A stretch of 64,000 bases of DNA. It comes from Candidatus Sericytochromatia bacterium (GTDB taxonomy: Bacteria > Cyanobacteriota > Sericytochromatia > S15B-MN24 > JAQBPE01). Below are positions 1-10,297 of the stretch, one piece after another. How positions within the stretch are numbered: the stretch's first letter is position 1; every line of letters starts with the position of its first letter. Where the stretch lies: NCBI GenBank assembly GCA_035285125.1, contig JAYKHR010000155.1, forward strand, positions 49,323-113,322. The letters run 5' to 3'. The notes beneath the pieces are model-generated. The model saw only the letters and a program-made list of their open reading frames with translations. It was not told where the DNA came from and searched no databases. Both the position numbers and the translations under genes were made by a program.

Positions 1-1
1 G

Positions 2-100
2 GATGTGGCCTATTTCTTCCATGTGAGGCCACTGCCCGACAGGCGGCTCCTCGGCGTCCGCCTGCAGGGGCCCGGCCGCCTGGCGGGGATGGTGCCCTGA
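2..100 (+). CDS. 3' end of a gene truncated by the window edge
   Basis: Open frame DVAYFFHVRPLPDRRLLGVRLQGPGRLAGMVP ending in TGA at 98-100. Confidence 0.45.
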   Translation, partial: DVAYFFHVRPLPDRRLLGVRLQGPGRLAGMVP

Positions 101-161
101 GCCCGGTGGACGGGTATACGGCGCACTGGTTGCCCCCCAGCCCCCACCCGAAGGTTTTGCC

Positions 162-698
162 ATGCAGTGCCCCGCCTGCCAAACCCCCCTCGAACGCATC
201 GAAATCGCCTCCGACCTGGCGCTGGACGCCTGCACCAACGGGTGTCGCGGCATCTGGTTCGACAACCAGGAACTGCAGGCCCTCGACGACGCCGACGAGT
301 TCGCGGACTCACCCGTGCTCGAGCTCATCGCGGCCGACGCGGAGCCGGACTCGGCACCCCAGAGCCAGGCCGCGAGGTTGGGCTGCCCGCGTTGTGCGGG
401 CATCAAGATGCGTCGCTTCTGGTACACCGCCAGCCGCCAGGTCGAGGTCGACCAGTGTGGGCAGTGCGGCGGGTGCTGGCTGGACCGGGGAGAGCTGGGC
501 CGCGTGCGGGCCGAGTACCGATCTGCGGCAGATCGCGAGGCCGGTGTGGCGCGTCAGGTGGAAGACCTCCTGGCGCCTGCCGAGGCAGAGCAGGATGCGA
601 TGACTGAAGCGGCCGACGCCCGCTTGGCCGGGCGCAGGCGCGGTCGCCTCTCGCGGGCCCTTGACCGCGTCGTCGCCCACGTGGCCGAGTGGCTCTGA
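162..698 (+). CDS. Protein with two zf-TFIIB-like zinc ribbons
   Basis: CPAC...CTNGCRGIWFD.EL and CPRC...CGQCGGCWLDRGEL motifs. Confidence 0.85.
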   Translation: MQCPACQTPLERIEIASDLALDACTNGCRGIWFDNQELQALDDADEFADSPVLELIAADAEPDSAPQSQAARLGCPRCAGIKMRRFWYTASRQVEVDQCGQCGGCWLDRGELGRVRAEYRSAADREAGVARQVEDLLAPAEAEQDAMTEAADARLAGRRRGRLSRALDRVVAHVAEWL

Positions 699-716
699 GC
701 AGCGCCCGGCGTCGCG

Positions 717-2084
717 TCAGAAGGTCGTCTTGCCCGTGAACCTCAGCCGGCCGACGCGCAGGGCCGGGGCACGGCTGGCGCCGCCGTACCAGTTCAGGTT
801 CAGCTTCTGAGCCGCGCCGACGGCCTCCACGTCGCGCAGCACGTCGAGCCAGGCGTGGGTGAAGCGCATGTTGCGCAGGGGGCGTACCAGCCGGCCGTTC
901 TCCACCCAGAAGGTCCCATCACGGGTCATGCCCGTGAGCAGCGTGCGGCGGGCGTCCAGCTGGTTCACGTAGTGAAACCTCGTCACGTAGACGCCGCGTT
1001 CCATCCCGGCCAGGAGCTGGTCGTGGGTGGCTTGCCCCGGCTGCATCGCGAGGTGGGCGGCGAGCGGCCCTGACTTCCAGAAGGCGCCCCCGCCGAAGTG
1101 GTGCCCCGTCGAGCACAGGCCCTCCCGGGCCGCGGCGCGGCGGTCGTAGACGGGAGCCCCCGCGACACCGGCATCGAACAGCACGCGTCGCGTCGCGGGC
1201 ACGCCCTCATGATCGAAGGGCGAGGCGAGGCCGGCCGGGTCCCGCGGGTCGTCCACCACCGAGATGGCCGGGTGCACGAGGCGCTCCCCCAGGCGACCTG
1301 AGAGGAAGGAGCGTCCCTCGCGCACGTCCTCGGCCCCGAAGGCCCGCCCCATGTAACCGAGCAACTCCACCACGGCGTAGGGCTCTAGCAACACAGGGTA
1401 CTCGCCCGGCTCGAGGTCCTGGGGCCGCCGCGACCGCTCGGCCTTCTCCACGGCCTCGGCCCCCAGGGCCTCCCCGTCGATCCGCCGGGCGTCGGCGTGG
1501 GTGTCAGCCGCCCAGCCGCTGGAGTCGTCGCTCATGACCACGGTGTCGAGGTGGGCGAAGGTGCCCGCGTGGTGGGCCCACAGCCCCTCGGAGGTGGCAA
1601 TGGCGCGCTGGCGAAGGCCCGTCTGAAAGGCGCCCGCGGCCACGAGGTCGCGCGCCCGGGCCTGGCGGCAGACGTGGCCGACGGCCGCCGCCCGGTCGAC
1701 GGCCTCACAGCCGAGCGTCCCGGCATCGAGCGCCTCGGGGATGGGGGAAAAGGCCTGGGGCCCCGTGAACCCGGGGAACTCCGCGTCGGCAGGCTGCAGC
1801 AGGGCCAGCGCCTCGGCATCCCGCAACGCGGCGGTGAGCGCCTCGGGCGAGGTGTCGTTGGTGGAGGCCTCCCCGACGCGCTGGCCGAACGCCACGCGGA
1901 CGCGCACCTGCATGTCGTGCTCCGCCACGTTCTGGTGCACCTGGTTGTTCGCGAAACGCGTGAGGTGGCTGGTGTGCCCCGTCAGCACGACCTCCGTCGC
2001 CTCGGCCCGGCTGGCCTGCAGCACGTGGTCGGCGATCGCCCTCAGGGCGGCCTCGTCCTGGAGGCGGTGGGTGGTGGTGTGCAT
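717..2084 (-). CDS. pmbA: TldE/PmbA family protein
   Basis: TRFANN, FDHEGVP, LTGMTRDGTF motifs; ATG at 2084 with AGGAG RBS; directly downstream of tldD. Confidence 0.88.
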   Translation of the reverse strand: MHTTTHRLQDEAALRAIADHVLQASRAEATEVVLTGHTSHLTRFANNQVHQNVAEHDMQVRVRVAFGQRVGEASTNDTSPEALTAALRDAEALALLQPADAEFPGFTGPQAFSPIPEALDAGTLGCEAVDRAAAVGHVCRQARARDLVAAGAFQTGLRQRAIATSEGLWAHHAGTFAHLDTVVMSDDSSGWAADTHADARRIDGEALGAEAVEKAERSRRPQDLEPGEYPVLLEPYAVVELLGYMGRAFGAEDVREGRSFLSGRLGERLVHPAISVVDDPRDPAGLASPFDHEGVPATRRVLFDAGVAGAPVYDRRAAAREGLCSTGHHFGGGAFWKSGPLAAHLAMQPGQATHDQLLAGMERGVYVTRFHYVNQLDARRTLLTGMTRDGTFWVENGRLVRPLRNMRFTHAWLDVLRDVEAVGAAQKLNLNWYGGASRAPALRVGRLRFTGKTTF

Positions 2085-2097
2085 GGGTGGCTTCTCC

Positions 2098-3573
2098 TCA
2101 GGCGTCAGAACGCGCCACGCCGACATGCACGCCCCGGAACCGGGCCGGGCTCGCGCCGTGGCCCACGTGGGCCACCTGGAGCGGCTGTCCCTTGCCACAG
2201 TTCGGCGTGCCCCAGATCTGCCAGGCCTCGGGGCCGCAGATGAAGTCGCAGCCGGCCCAGAAGCGAGGCGTGATGCCCGTGTAGGTGGGGTTTCTGAGCA
2301 TCCGCCCCAGCTTGCCGCGCTTCACCTCCCACGCGATCTGGGCGCCGAACTGGAAGTTCACGCGCTTGTCGTCGATGCTCCAGCTGCGGTTGGTTTGCAT
2401 GTAGATGCCGTCCTCGGTGTCGGCGAGGAGGTCCTCGAAGGAGCCGGCGCCGGGTTCCAGGTTCACGTTGGTCATCCGCACCATCGGGATGCGGCCCCAG
2501 CCGTCGGCGCGGGCCATGCCGCCACTCGGCAAACCAAGCCGCGCAGCCGTCTCCCGGCAGGACAGGAAGCCCTTGAACCGCCCCTGCTCGATGATGGGGA
2601 CGCGCTGCGCCGGCACGCCCTCGTCGTCCCAGCCAAAGGTGCCAAGGCCGCCAGGCAGCGTGGCATCGGCCGTGACGGTCACGATCGGGGCGGCATACTC
2701 GAAGCTGTCCCGCATCGCCGGCGCGAGGAAGCTGGTGCCCGCGTAGGCCGCCTCGTAGCCCATCACGCGGTCGAGCTCGATGGCGTGCCCGATGGACTCG
2801 TGGATCTGAAGCGCCAGCTGGGTGGGATCGAGGATCAGGGTGGTCTCCCCCGCGGGGCAGGGGGGCGCCGTCAGCAGGGCCACGGCCTCCTCGGCAATCC
2901 GGCGGGCGTTGCCCGGCAGGTCCGTCTCGCGCACGAGCTCGTAGCCCACCGTGGCCTGCTGACGGCCGAAGGAGTTGGGGTAGGAGCGCGTCTGCAGCTC
3001 GGAGGCGCCGACGGCCGTCGCCTCGATGCCACAGCCCGTCTCGGTGATCACCTGCTCGATGCGGCTGCCCTCGGTGCTCGCAAACAGCTTGTGCTCGCGC
3101 TGGGCGCCGATGGAGCCGCTCGTGACGCGCACGCCGGGCACGGCGCGCATCTCGGCCTCGGCGGCCATCAGCGTGGCGAGTTTTTCCTCCACCGGCACCG
3201 CGAAGGGGTCTTCCCGGAGCGGGGTCTCGTACCGCCCGACGAGGCGCAGCGGCTCCCCCAGCGACACGGGCACCAGCTGGCTGGGCCGGCTGGCTCGCGC
3301 GATCGCGATGGCCTCCGTCACCACCCGCTCGACCTCCGGCTCCGTGAGCCGCGAGGAGGAGGCGAAGCCCCAGGCACCATCCACCAGCACGCGCACGCCG
3401 AAGCCCCGGCTGGTGTTCCGGGAGATGCCGCCCGGCCGGCCGTCTCGCGTGCAAACCGTCTCCAGCAGACGTTCCACGAGCCGGACATCCGCGTAGCTGG
3501 CGCCGGCCAGCTGGGCGCGGTTGAGGGCCAGCTCGGCGAGGGCCACGGGCAACACGGTGACGGCCAAGGGCAC
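2098..3573 (-). CDS. tldD: TldD metalloprotease
   Basis: YADVR, HESIGH zinc motif, RMTN, C-terminal CGKGQ; GTG start after GAGAGG; -10 TATAAT near 3640. Confidence 0.92.
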   Translation of the reverse strand: MPLAVTVLPVALAELALNRAQLAGASYADVRLVERLLETVCTRDGRPGGISRNTSRGFGVRVLVDGAWGFASSSRLTEPEVERVVTEAIAIARASRPSQLVPVSLGEPLRLVGRYETPLREDPFAVPVEEKLATLMAAEAEMRAVPGVRVTSGSIGAQREHKLFASTEGSRIEQVITETGCGIEATAVGASELQTRSYPNSFGRQQATVGYELVRETDLPGNARRIAEEAVALLTAPPCPAGETTLILDPTQLALQIHESIGHAIELDRVMGYEAAYAGTSFLAPAMRDSFEYAAPIVTVTADATLPGGLGTFGWDDEGVPAQRVPIIEQGRFKGFLSCRETAARLGLPSGGMARADGWGRIPMVRMTNVNLEPGAGSFEDLLADTEDGIYMQTNRSWSIDDKRVNFQFGAQIAWEVKRGKLGRMLRNPTYTGITPRFWAGCDFICGPEAWQIWGTPNCGKGQPLQVAHVGHGASPARFRGVHVGVARSDA

Positions 3574-3735
3574 GAGCGGGACCTCTCTGCGGGCGGTGGG
3601 CGTCCGAGGCGGGCGTGGCGCCCCGCCGGACGCTTCATTATAGCGGGTTGCCGCGTGGGCGGCGCGCATCGGACGGCCGGCAGCCTGGCTGGGTATGACA
3701 TGGGAAGCTGCCCCCTCCTGCCCCGACCACGCCCC

Positions 3736-5271
3736 ATGCCCCACGCTCAGAGATGGATCGCCCTCGGCCCCGTGACGACCCTGGTCGTCGTGCTGGCGTT
3801 GGGCTGCGTGCGCGAGGAAGCCACCACCCAGGTCCGGACCACGGGCACGTCGGGCAAGGCCTCGACGCCCAAGCCCGGGACGCCCCGTCCGACCCCCTCC
3901 ACCAAGTTCGCCTCTCAACCCCCCGCCTCCACCACGCCGGCGTCGCCGGGTCCGTCCCCGTCGGCCAGCGCGCCACCCTCAACAGGGGCCTCACCGAGCG
4001 CCTCTCCGTCGACGCCTGCGGCCTCCGCCACCCCGTCCACCGGCCCGACGCCCACCCCGACGCCCAGCGAGACCGCCTCAGCCGCGCCGACGCCCACCCC
4101 GACGCCGACGCCCACCCCGACGCCCACGGCAACGCCGACGCCCGCCCCCTCAGCCAGCGTCGCCATCACCTACACCACCGAGGCCTTCAAGGTCTCGGCC
4201 CTCGCGGGCGGACAGCCGAGCGGCGAACCCAGGTCCCTGCAGACGGGAGACAACGCCGCCATCGGGCTCAACCTGGAAGGCGTGGGCATGGCCGCGCGGG
4301 ACCTGCCGTCCGTGTTCAGCTACTTCTCCGACGCCGCGAACGGCACCATCCGGAGCGTCAACAAGCTGCGGCAGGTGCTCTGGGAAGGGGTAGGCGACCC
4401 TGCCGCGGCCGATCCGCCAATCCGGAACCCCCGTGGCCTGGCCTACGACCCTGTCCGCAAGGTGCTGTACGTGGCCGACAGCTTCAACCACCGGATCTTG
4501 CGGGTGGGCTACGACGGCAACACGGTGGGGCTGCAGCTCGCCTCCTTCGACGTCATCGCGGGCCGCAAGGACATGCCGGTGGAGGCCCCCTACCTGGACG
4601 GGGCCGGCGCGACGGCAAACCTGATGACGCCCCACGGCCTGCTGCTGGCCGAGCCGAACCTGTACTTCACGGACGCCGGCTACCACACCTTGCGCAAGAT
4701 CGACCTGTCGAGCGCCACCTTCCCGGTGTCCTTCGTCGCCGGCGGCCAGAGCACCACGCCAGGCGCGGCCGTCGCGGGCGCCGTGGCGGCCGGCGAGGCC
4801 CGCTTCAACCTGCCGACGGCGCTCACCGCCACCGTGCGGGGCACCGACCCGCTGCTGGTCGTGGCCGACTCCTTCAACCACTGCCTGCGCTCCGTCAACC
4901 CGCTAACGGGCGAGGTCAGCCTGCTCGCGGGCTCCGCCAGCGGCGTGACGGGCGCCGAGGACGGCAGCGCCACGGCCGCCCGCTTCAACCACCCCGTCGC
5001 GCTCGCCGGGGATGGCCGGGGCCGGGTCTTCGTCGGAGAGCGCAACAACCCACGCCTCCGCGTGCTCGGCGCCGACGGCGAGGTGCGCACGGCGCTGGGC
5101 GGCGCCGCGGCGGGTTACGTGAACGCCACGGGCGCGCCCGCGCGCTTCGGGGCCATCACGGGCATGGCCCAGCGGCTCGACGGCACGGGCAACCTGCTCG
5201 AGCTGTTCATCTATGACGCGGGCACGGCGGAGAACCTCCCCCGGCTGCGGCTGGTGGAGCCACAGCCCTGA
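3736..5271 (+). CDS. NHL-repeat beta-propeller lipoprotein with Pro/Thr/Ser-rich linker
   Basis: Lipobox ALGC, (PT)n linker, repeats PRGLA...LYVADSFNHRI and ARFNHPVALA. Confidence 0.8.
   Translation: MPHAQRWIALGPVTTLVVVLALGCVREEATTQVRTTGTSGKASTPKPGTPRPTPSTKFASQPPASTTPASPGPSPSASAPPSTGASPSASPSTPAASATPSTGPTPTPTPSETASAAPTPTPTPTPTPTPTATPTPAPSASVAITYTTEAFKVSALAGGQPSGEPRSLQTGDNAAIGLNLEGVGMAARDLPSVFSYFSDAANGTIRSVNKLRQVLWEGVGDPAAADPPIRNPRGLAYDPVRKVLYVADSFNHRILRVGYDGNTVGLQLASFDVIAGRKDMPVEAPYLDGAGATANLMTPHGLLLAEPNLYFTDAGYHTLRKIDLSSATFPVSFVAGGQSTTPGAAVAGAVAAGEARFNLPTALTATVRGTDPLLVVADSFNHCLRSVNPLTGEVSLLAGSASGVTGAEDGSATAARFNHPVALAGDGRGRVFVGERNNPRLRVLGADGEVRTALGGAAAGYVNATGAPARFGAITGMAQRLDGTGNLLELFIYDAGTAENLPRLRLVEPQP
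4045..4145 (+). repeat. Coding tandem repeat encoding (Pro-Thr)n
   Basis: Repeated CCGACG/CCCACC units. Confidence 0.8.
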
Positions 5272-5451
5272 GCGAGGGGCGCTGCCGGCCGCCCCGCTCA
5301 CAGAGCAGATTGTCTTCAGGTTAAGCTGCCTCGCACCCCGGTTCCGGGCGATTCAAGGGGGCGGGCAGGGGTATCTGATAGATAACCACCCACTCGGTGC
5401 CTTGCTGCGGGGCCCCCCGCCTTGCAGTTCAAGTTTTGAAAGGAGCCTCCC

Positions 5452-7737
5452 GTGACCGCCAAGTACCTCCGTCGATCCGGCCTCAGCCTGATGATTCTGG
5501 CCGTGGCCGCCTGTCAGGCCGGTGCCCCCACGAGCCCCCTGGAGGAGGAAGGGGCCGTCACCAAGCGGCCCGCGGCCGCCGCCAAGCAGGTGCCGCTCGA
5601 GCAACGGCTGCGCGACGCGGGCCTCGAGGCGGGCACCCTGACGCTGCAGGCCCAGCAGTTCCAGGTGCGCGACCAGGCCGGCAAGGGCATCCCCGGCGCC
5701 ACCGTCGAGGTCGAGACCGAGTTGCTCACCACCGACGAGAACGGCGTGGTGAAGGTGGCCGGCCAGGTTCCCGAGGACCCTGGCTTCCTCCTGGCGATCG
5801 TCCGGGCCCCGGGCATGGTGCCCGCCCGCGTCAAGCTGATCCCCGGTTTCTCCATCAAGCTGCACGCCGCAGACGGGCTGGTGCACCGCGTCTCGGCCGC
5901 TGCGGGCGGTCGCTTCGCGAGCTCGGACGGCAGCATCGAGGTCTCCTTCTCTCCCGACGCCCTGGACCGCGATGCCGAGGTTCGCGTGACGCGGATCTTC
6001 AACGCCGCCCCGGCGTCGCTGAAGGCCATCTCGCCCAGCTTCGACAGCATTGCCGACAAGCTCGCCGATCGCACCTCGCTCGGCCACTACCAGTACAGCC
6101 TCGACCTCGGGGGGGCCAAGATCCGGCCAGGCGCCTCCGTCCGCGTGGACTTCAAGGCTGAGCAGGCGCTCGCCGACTACATCAAGCGGGGTGTGAAGCT
6201 CGACCCGAAGGGCTTCAAGCTGGCGGACCAGTTCTCGATCGGCGAGGATGGCCAGGTCCGCTTCGCGATGATGGTGCCCGCTCCGCCGCCGCCCCCCGAG
6301 TTCTCCGGGCCCGCAGCGGCTGCCTACGGCCTGCTCGCCGCCGTGTGCAGCCAGCCCAACGACCGCGAGGACTACACGGAGACGGTCTGCACCTCGCGGA
6401 GCGTCCAGAACTGCGTTGAGCGGTCCGACGGCACCGCGGCCGTGCATGACTCTGCCATTAACAACGGCCACTGCTACTACACGTGGCAGGACTGCAGCAA
6501 CATCACCATCACCGAGTGCACGCAGGTGCCCCGCACCCGCTACCACCAGTCTTCCAGCATCAACGCTCTCGTGCGCTACGACTCCGACGACAGCCGCTAC
6601 GCCGGCCGCGTCGCAAGCGGCGCTTACGTGACCTTCTCGCACTCGGGCACCCCGGTCCGCGCGGCGGGCACCGCAGCCTACACCGCCGGAGATGGATACG
6701 CCTGGGTGTACGGCGCCGCGGGCGCCTCCGGCTCGGCCACGGCCTCCATGCCCGGCGACGCGGGTTCGCGCGGCACGTCCGGCTACTACAGCGTGAACTG
6801 CAGCACCGTGAACCTCAGCATTGTGAAGCGAATGCCCCAGGTCACCTTCGCCTTCGACAACCAGGGCGCGGCGCTCAGCGGGAACTTCTCACTGTCCACC
6901 AGCCATGGGGCGCAGGCCCTGAGCGGGTTCGCCAACCAGGTGAAGGCCATCGCGATGCAGGGCGCCACGGTGGCGTCCGAGGCCTTCTCGATCGCCGTCG
7001 GCAACCAGGCCGTCGGCGCCGGGCAGATCGACTACGACGGCGCCTCCGGCACCATCGGCTGGAACCAGGCCAACACCTTCACGATGCGGACCTGGCACAA
7101 CGCCCGGCTCGACGCGACGGCCAACTACGTCTCGAACGACAACAGCGTGCCGGCCGACCAGGCCCCGCCCACCCGGTGGGCCGGTCAGCCTGCCGCGGGG
7201 GTGAACTTCAACTTCGCGCACAACATCTCCGGCTCCCCCAACAAGCCGGCGGGGCGCGACGTGCTGGCGTTCACGGGCGTCACCTCCGCGTCGGCCTGGG
7301 GCCTGAACGGGGCCGCCAGCACCATCCGCGCCACCCGGGCAGCCAACAGCGTGTCGCTAACGGGCAGCCGGACCGGCTCGGTGGGCGGGGCACCCGTCGT
7401 CGTCGGCATCAACGCCAACCTCCCGACCGTCAACTTCTACGTCTCAGGTGACCTCGCTCAGAACTACATCATGCGCTACACCCTGACGCCGGCGGGCGGC
7501 AGCCCGCGGGACCTGGAGATGCGCGTGCCTGCCAACATGCAGTTCCGCCTGCCCATCGAAGAAGCGGTCAACGACCCGAGGCAGCACACTTTCCAGATCT
7601 CGACCATCATCACCGAGGACGGCAACCACGCCATCGTGATGCCGGACGGCAGCCGCAACTACCCGGCCCTGACCGTGAACCGCGGGGCTGACGACTACTC
7701 GATGAACCTCAAGTCCGAGCTCATCGCCGCCAAGTAG
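5452..7737 (+). CDS. Large surface lipoprotein, 761 aa, beta-rich with a Cys-rich central segment
   Basis: AGGAG RBS, lipobox VAAC, GKGIPGATV...TTDENG prealbumin-like fold motif, typical GC3 bias. Confidence 0.8.
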   Translation: MTAKYLRRSGLSLMILAVAACQAGAPTSPLEEEGAVTKRPAAAAKQVPLEQRLRDAGLEAGTLTLQAQQFQVRDQAGKGIPGATVEVETELLTTDENGVVKVAGQVPEDPGFLLAIVRAPGMVPARVKLIPGFSIKLHAADGLVHRVSAAAGGRFASSDGSIEVSFSPDALDRDAEVRVTRIFNAAPASLKAISPSFDSIADKLADRTSLGHYQYSLDLGGAKIRPGASVRVDFKAEQALADYIKRGVKLDPKGFKLADQFSIGEDGQVRFAMMVPAPPPPPEFSGPAAAAYGLLAAVCSQPNDREDYTETVCTSRSVQNCVERSDGTAAVHDSAINNGHCYYTWQDCSNITITECTQVPRTRYHQSSSINALVRYDSDDSRYAGRVASGAYVTFSHSGTPVRAAGTAAYTAGDGYAWVYGAAGASGSATASMPGDAGSRGTSGYYSVNCSTVNLSIVKRMPQVTFAFDNQGAALSGNFSLSTSHGAQALSGFANQVKAIAMQGATVASEAFSIAVGNQAVGAGQIDYDGASGTIGWNQANTFTMRTWHNARLDATANYVSNDNSVPADQAPPTRWAGQPAAGVNFNFAHNISGSPNKPAGRDVLAFTGVTSASAWGLNGAASTIRATRAANSVSLTGSRTGSVGGAPVVVGINANLPTVNFYVSGDLAQNYIMRYTLTPAGGSPRDLEMRVPANMQFRLPIEEAVNDPRQHTFQISTIITEDGNHAIVMPDGSRNYPALTVNRGADDYSMNLKSELIAAK

Positions 7738-7760
7738 GCGCCCGGTCTGCTCCAACCGCA

Positions 7761-7788
7761 AGTCCCCCTGCCCTCGGGCGGGGGGACT
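7761..7788. terminator. Hairpin between convergent genes
   Basis: AGTCCCCCTGCC-CTCG-GGCGGGGGGACT inverted repeat. Confidence 0.6.
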
Positions 7789-7843
7789 CTGCCATCAGGA
7801 CGTAGCCGCCATGAGGGGCGCTTGGCCGCCTCCACCGGGGCGG

Positions 7844-8611
7844 TCAGGCGGGCAAGCCGAACAGCCGGCGGGCGTTCTCGCTCGTGCGCGCGACGAGGTC
7901 GGCAGCCGACAGCCCGTGCAGGTCCGCCAGCTTCTCCGCCACGTGCACCACGTGGGCGGGTTCGTTGCGCCGGCCCCGGTGCGGCACCGGCGCGAGGTAG
8001 GGTGAGTCCGTCTCGATGAGCAGGCGGTCGAGCGGCACGCTGGCCGCAGCCGCCTGGAGGTGGTGGGCCGTCTTGAAGGTGACGGGCCCTGCGAACGAGA
8101 CGTACATCCCCACGGCGACGCACGCCGCAGCAAACTCCGCCGAGCCCGAGAAGCAATGCATCACGCCGCCCACGCGGCGGTCGAGGCAGCTTGTCAGCAC
8201 GCCCAGCACGGCCTCGTGGCTGTCCCGGTCATGGACGATGATGGGCTTGCCGAGCTCGGCCGCCAGCCGCACCTGGGCCTCGAAGGCCACCTGCTGCTGC
8301 GCCCGGGGAGGCTCGGGGTAGTAGTAGTCCAGCCCGATCTCGCCGATCGCCACCACGCGCGGGTGGGACGCCCAGCCCCGCAGCAGCGGCAGCGCCTCGT
8401 CCGACCAGCTTGCGGCCTCGTGGGGGTGGACGCCGACGCCCACCCAGACGTCCGGCTGCGCGTCTGCCAGGGCCAGCACGCGCGGCATGTCGGCGAGCGA
8501 GATGCCGGGCACGATCATGGCCTCGATCCCGGCTGCCCGCGCCCGCGCGAGCACCTCGTCGCGGTCGGGGTCGAACTGCGGCACGTCCAGGTGGCAGTGC
8601 GTGTCGATCAC
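7844..8611 (-). CDS. tatD: TatD family hydrolase
   Basis: IDTHCH, GVHPH, GEIGLDY, HCFSG, ETDSPYL. Confidence 0.96.
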   Translation of the reverse strand: MIDTHCHLDVPQFDPDRDEVLARARAAGIEAMIVPGISLADMPRVLALADAQPDVWVGVGVHPHEAASWSDEALPLLRGWASHPRVVAIGEIGLDYYYPEPPRAQQQVAFEAQVRLAAELGKPIIVHDRDSHEAVLGVLTSCLDRRVGGVMHCFSGSAEFAAACVAVGMYVSFAGPVTFKTAHHLQAAAASVPLDRLLIETDSPYLAPVPHRGRRNEPAHVVHVAEKLADLHGLSAADLVARTSENARRLFGLPA

Positions 8612-10155
8612 TTCTTCTTGGCCCCGGCCTCAGCCAGCTCGTCCTCGATGCGCGGGTACACGGGGCCCGTCTTGTTCGTCTGGGTGCCTGCGCGCAGCCC
8701 GCCCCAGGCCAGGTCGCCCCAGCGCTGCTCACCAAGCGGAGCGCCCGGGTTCAGCTGCACCCAGAGCTTCTCGGCCAGCTGCGGAATGAAGGGCGAGACG
8801 AGGATCGTGACGGCGCGAAGCGCCTCCAGCACGCCGTACAGCACGCCCCCCAGCTTCTCCGTCTCGCCAGCCTTGGCGAGGGCCCAGGGCGCCTGCGTGT
8901 CGATGTACTTGTTCACCGCATCGATCAGGCCCCAGATGGCCTCGAGCGCCTCCTGGATCTCGTAGCGCGCCATGTGGGCCTCGGCCCGGCTGGCAACGGC
9001 TTCCACCCGCTCGGCCAGCTCCCGCGTGAGTTCGGGGACGTCGGCAGGGACCTCGCCGGCGAAGTTCTTCTCCAGCATCCCCAGCGTGCGGTTGAGGGCG
9101 TTCCCGAGGTTGTTCGCCAGGTCCGCGTTGACGCGCAGCTTGAAGGCGTCGAAGGTGTAGCTGCCGTCGCGCCCGTAGGTGATCTCGCGCATCAGGTAGT
9201 AGCGCAGGGCGTCGGCCCCGAACTGCTCGGCGAGGGCGTTGGGCTCGACCACGTTGCCGAGCGACTTGCTCATCTTCTGCTCGCCGATGTGCACCCAGCC
9301 GTGCCCGTGGACCGTCCGGGGCAGCGGCAGGCCCAGGGCCATCAGGATGGTCGGCCAGATGATGCAGTGGAACTTCATGATGTCCTTGCCGACGACGTGG
9401 ACGGAAGCCGGCCAGTACCGCTGGAAGGTGGCATCGTCCGTGCCCCAGCCGATGCCCGTCAGGTAGTTCAGCAGGGCGTCGATCCAGACGTAGATGACCT
9501 GGCCCTCATCCCCGGGCACCGGGATGCCCCACGTCACCTTCTGGCGCGAGACCGACACGTCGGGGAAGGTGTCGAGCAGGTTGAGCACCTCGTTGCGGCG
9601 GCTCTCTGGCTGGATGAACTCGGGGTTGGCCTCGATGTGGGCGCGGATCCGGTCGCGGTAGCGCGACACGGCGAGCACGTAGTTCTCCTCTTCGAAGGGC
9701 TGCGGCGGCGCATCGTGCTGCGGACACTTGCCCTCGACGAGGTCCCGCTCGTTCTTGAACTCCTCGCAGCCGGCGCAGTAGAGCCCCTCGTAACGGGCCT
9801 TCTGGACGTCGCCCTGCGCCACGAGCTGGGCGAAGGCCCGCTGCACGGCGGCCTCGTGGAAGTCATCCGTCGTCCGGATGAAGCGGTCATAGGCCACGCC
9901 CAGGTTCGCCCACGTGCTGACGAAGCGCGGGGAGATGCGCCCCACGAACTCACGGGGCGTGACGCCCTCCGCGGCGGCGGCCTTCTCGATCTTCACGCCG
10001 TGCTCGTCGACGCCCGTCAGGTAGAAGACGTCGTCGCCCAGCAGGCGGTGCCAGCGGGCGAGCACGTCGGCGGCGATCTTCTCGTAGGCATGGCCGAGGT
10101 GCGGGGGCGCGTTCGTGTAGTCGATGGCGGTGGTGATGTAGTACGGACGCGGCAT
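8608..10155 (-). CDS. metG: Methionyl-tRNA synthetase (short form without C-terminal dimerisation domain)
   Basis: HLGH, KMSKS, YVWIDAL, CAGC knuckle. Confidence 0.97.
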   Translation of the reverse strand: MPRPYYITTAIDYTNAPPHLGHAYEKIAADVLARWHRLLGDDVFYLTGVDEHGVKIEKAAAAEGVTPREFVGRISPRFVSTWANLGVAYDRFIRTTDDFHEAAVQRAFAQLVAQGDVQKARYEGLYCAGCEEFKNERDLVEGKCPQHDAPPQPFEEENYVLAVSRYRDRIRAHIEANPEFIQPESRRNEVLNLLDTFPDVSVSRQKVTWGIPVPGDEGQVIYVWIDALLNYLTGIGWGTDDATFQRYWPASVHVVGKDIMKFHCIIWPTILMALGLPLPRTVHGHGWVHIGEQKMSKSLGNVVEPNALAEQFGADALRYYLMREITYGRDGSYTFDAFKLRVNADLANNLGNALNRTLGMLEKNFAGEVPADVPELTRELAERVEAVASRAEAHMARYEIQEALEAIWGLIDAVNKYIDTQAPWALAKAGETEKLGGVLYGVLEALRAVTILVSPFIPQLAEKLWVQLNPGAPLGEQRWGDLAWGGLRAGTQTNKTGPVYPRIEDELAEAGAKKK

Positions 10156-10297
10156 GGCACGGGCTCCTCACGCGATCGGGGACTCCAAGCTACCAAATCA
10201 CAGGGGGGAAGGCAAACCCGCGCCTGCCCGGCAACCAAGCGTGCCTGGGGTATCATGGACGGGCGGGGCAGACGCCCCACGCCAGTGAGGGGACGTC

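Noticed and set aside
1741..3735. N-terminal 665 aa of the 1176-aa track ORF
   Set aside because: Shadow of tldD/pmbA on the opposite strand; the real gene starts at 3736
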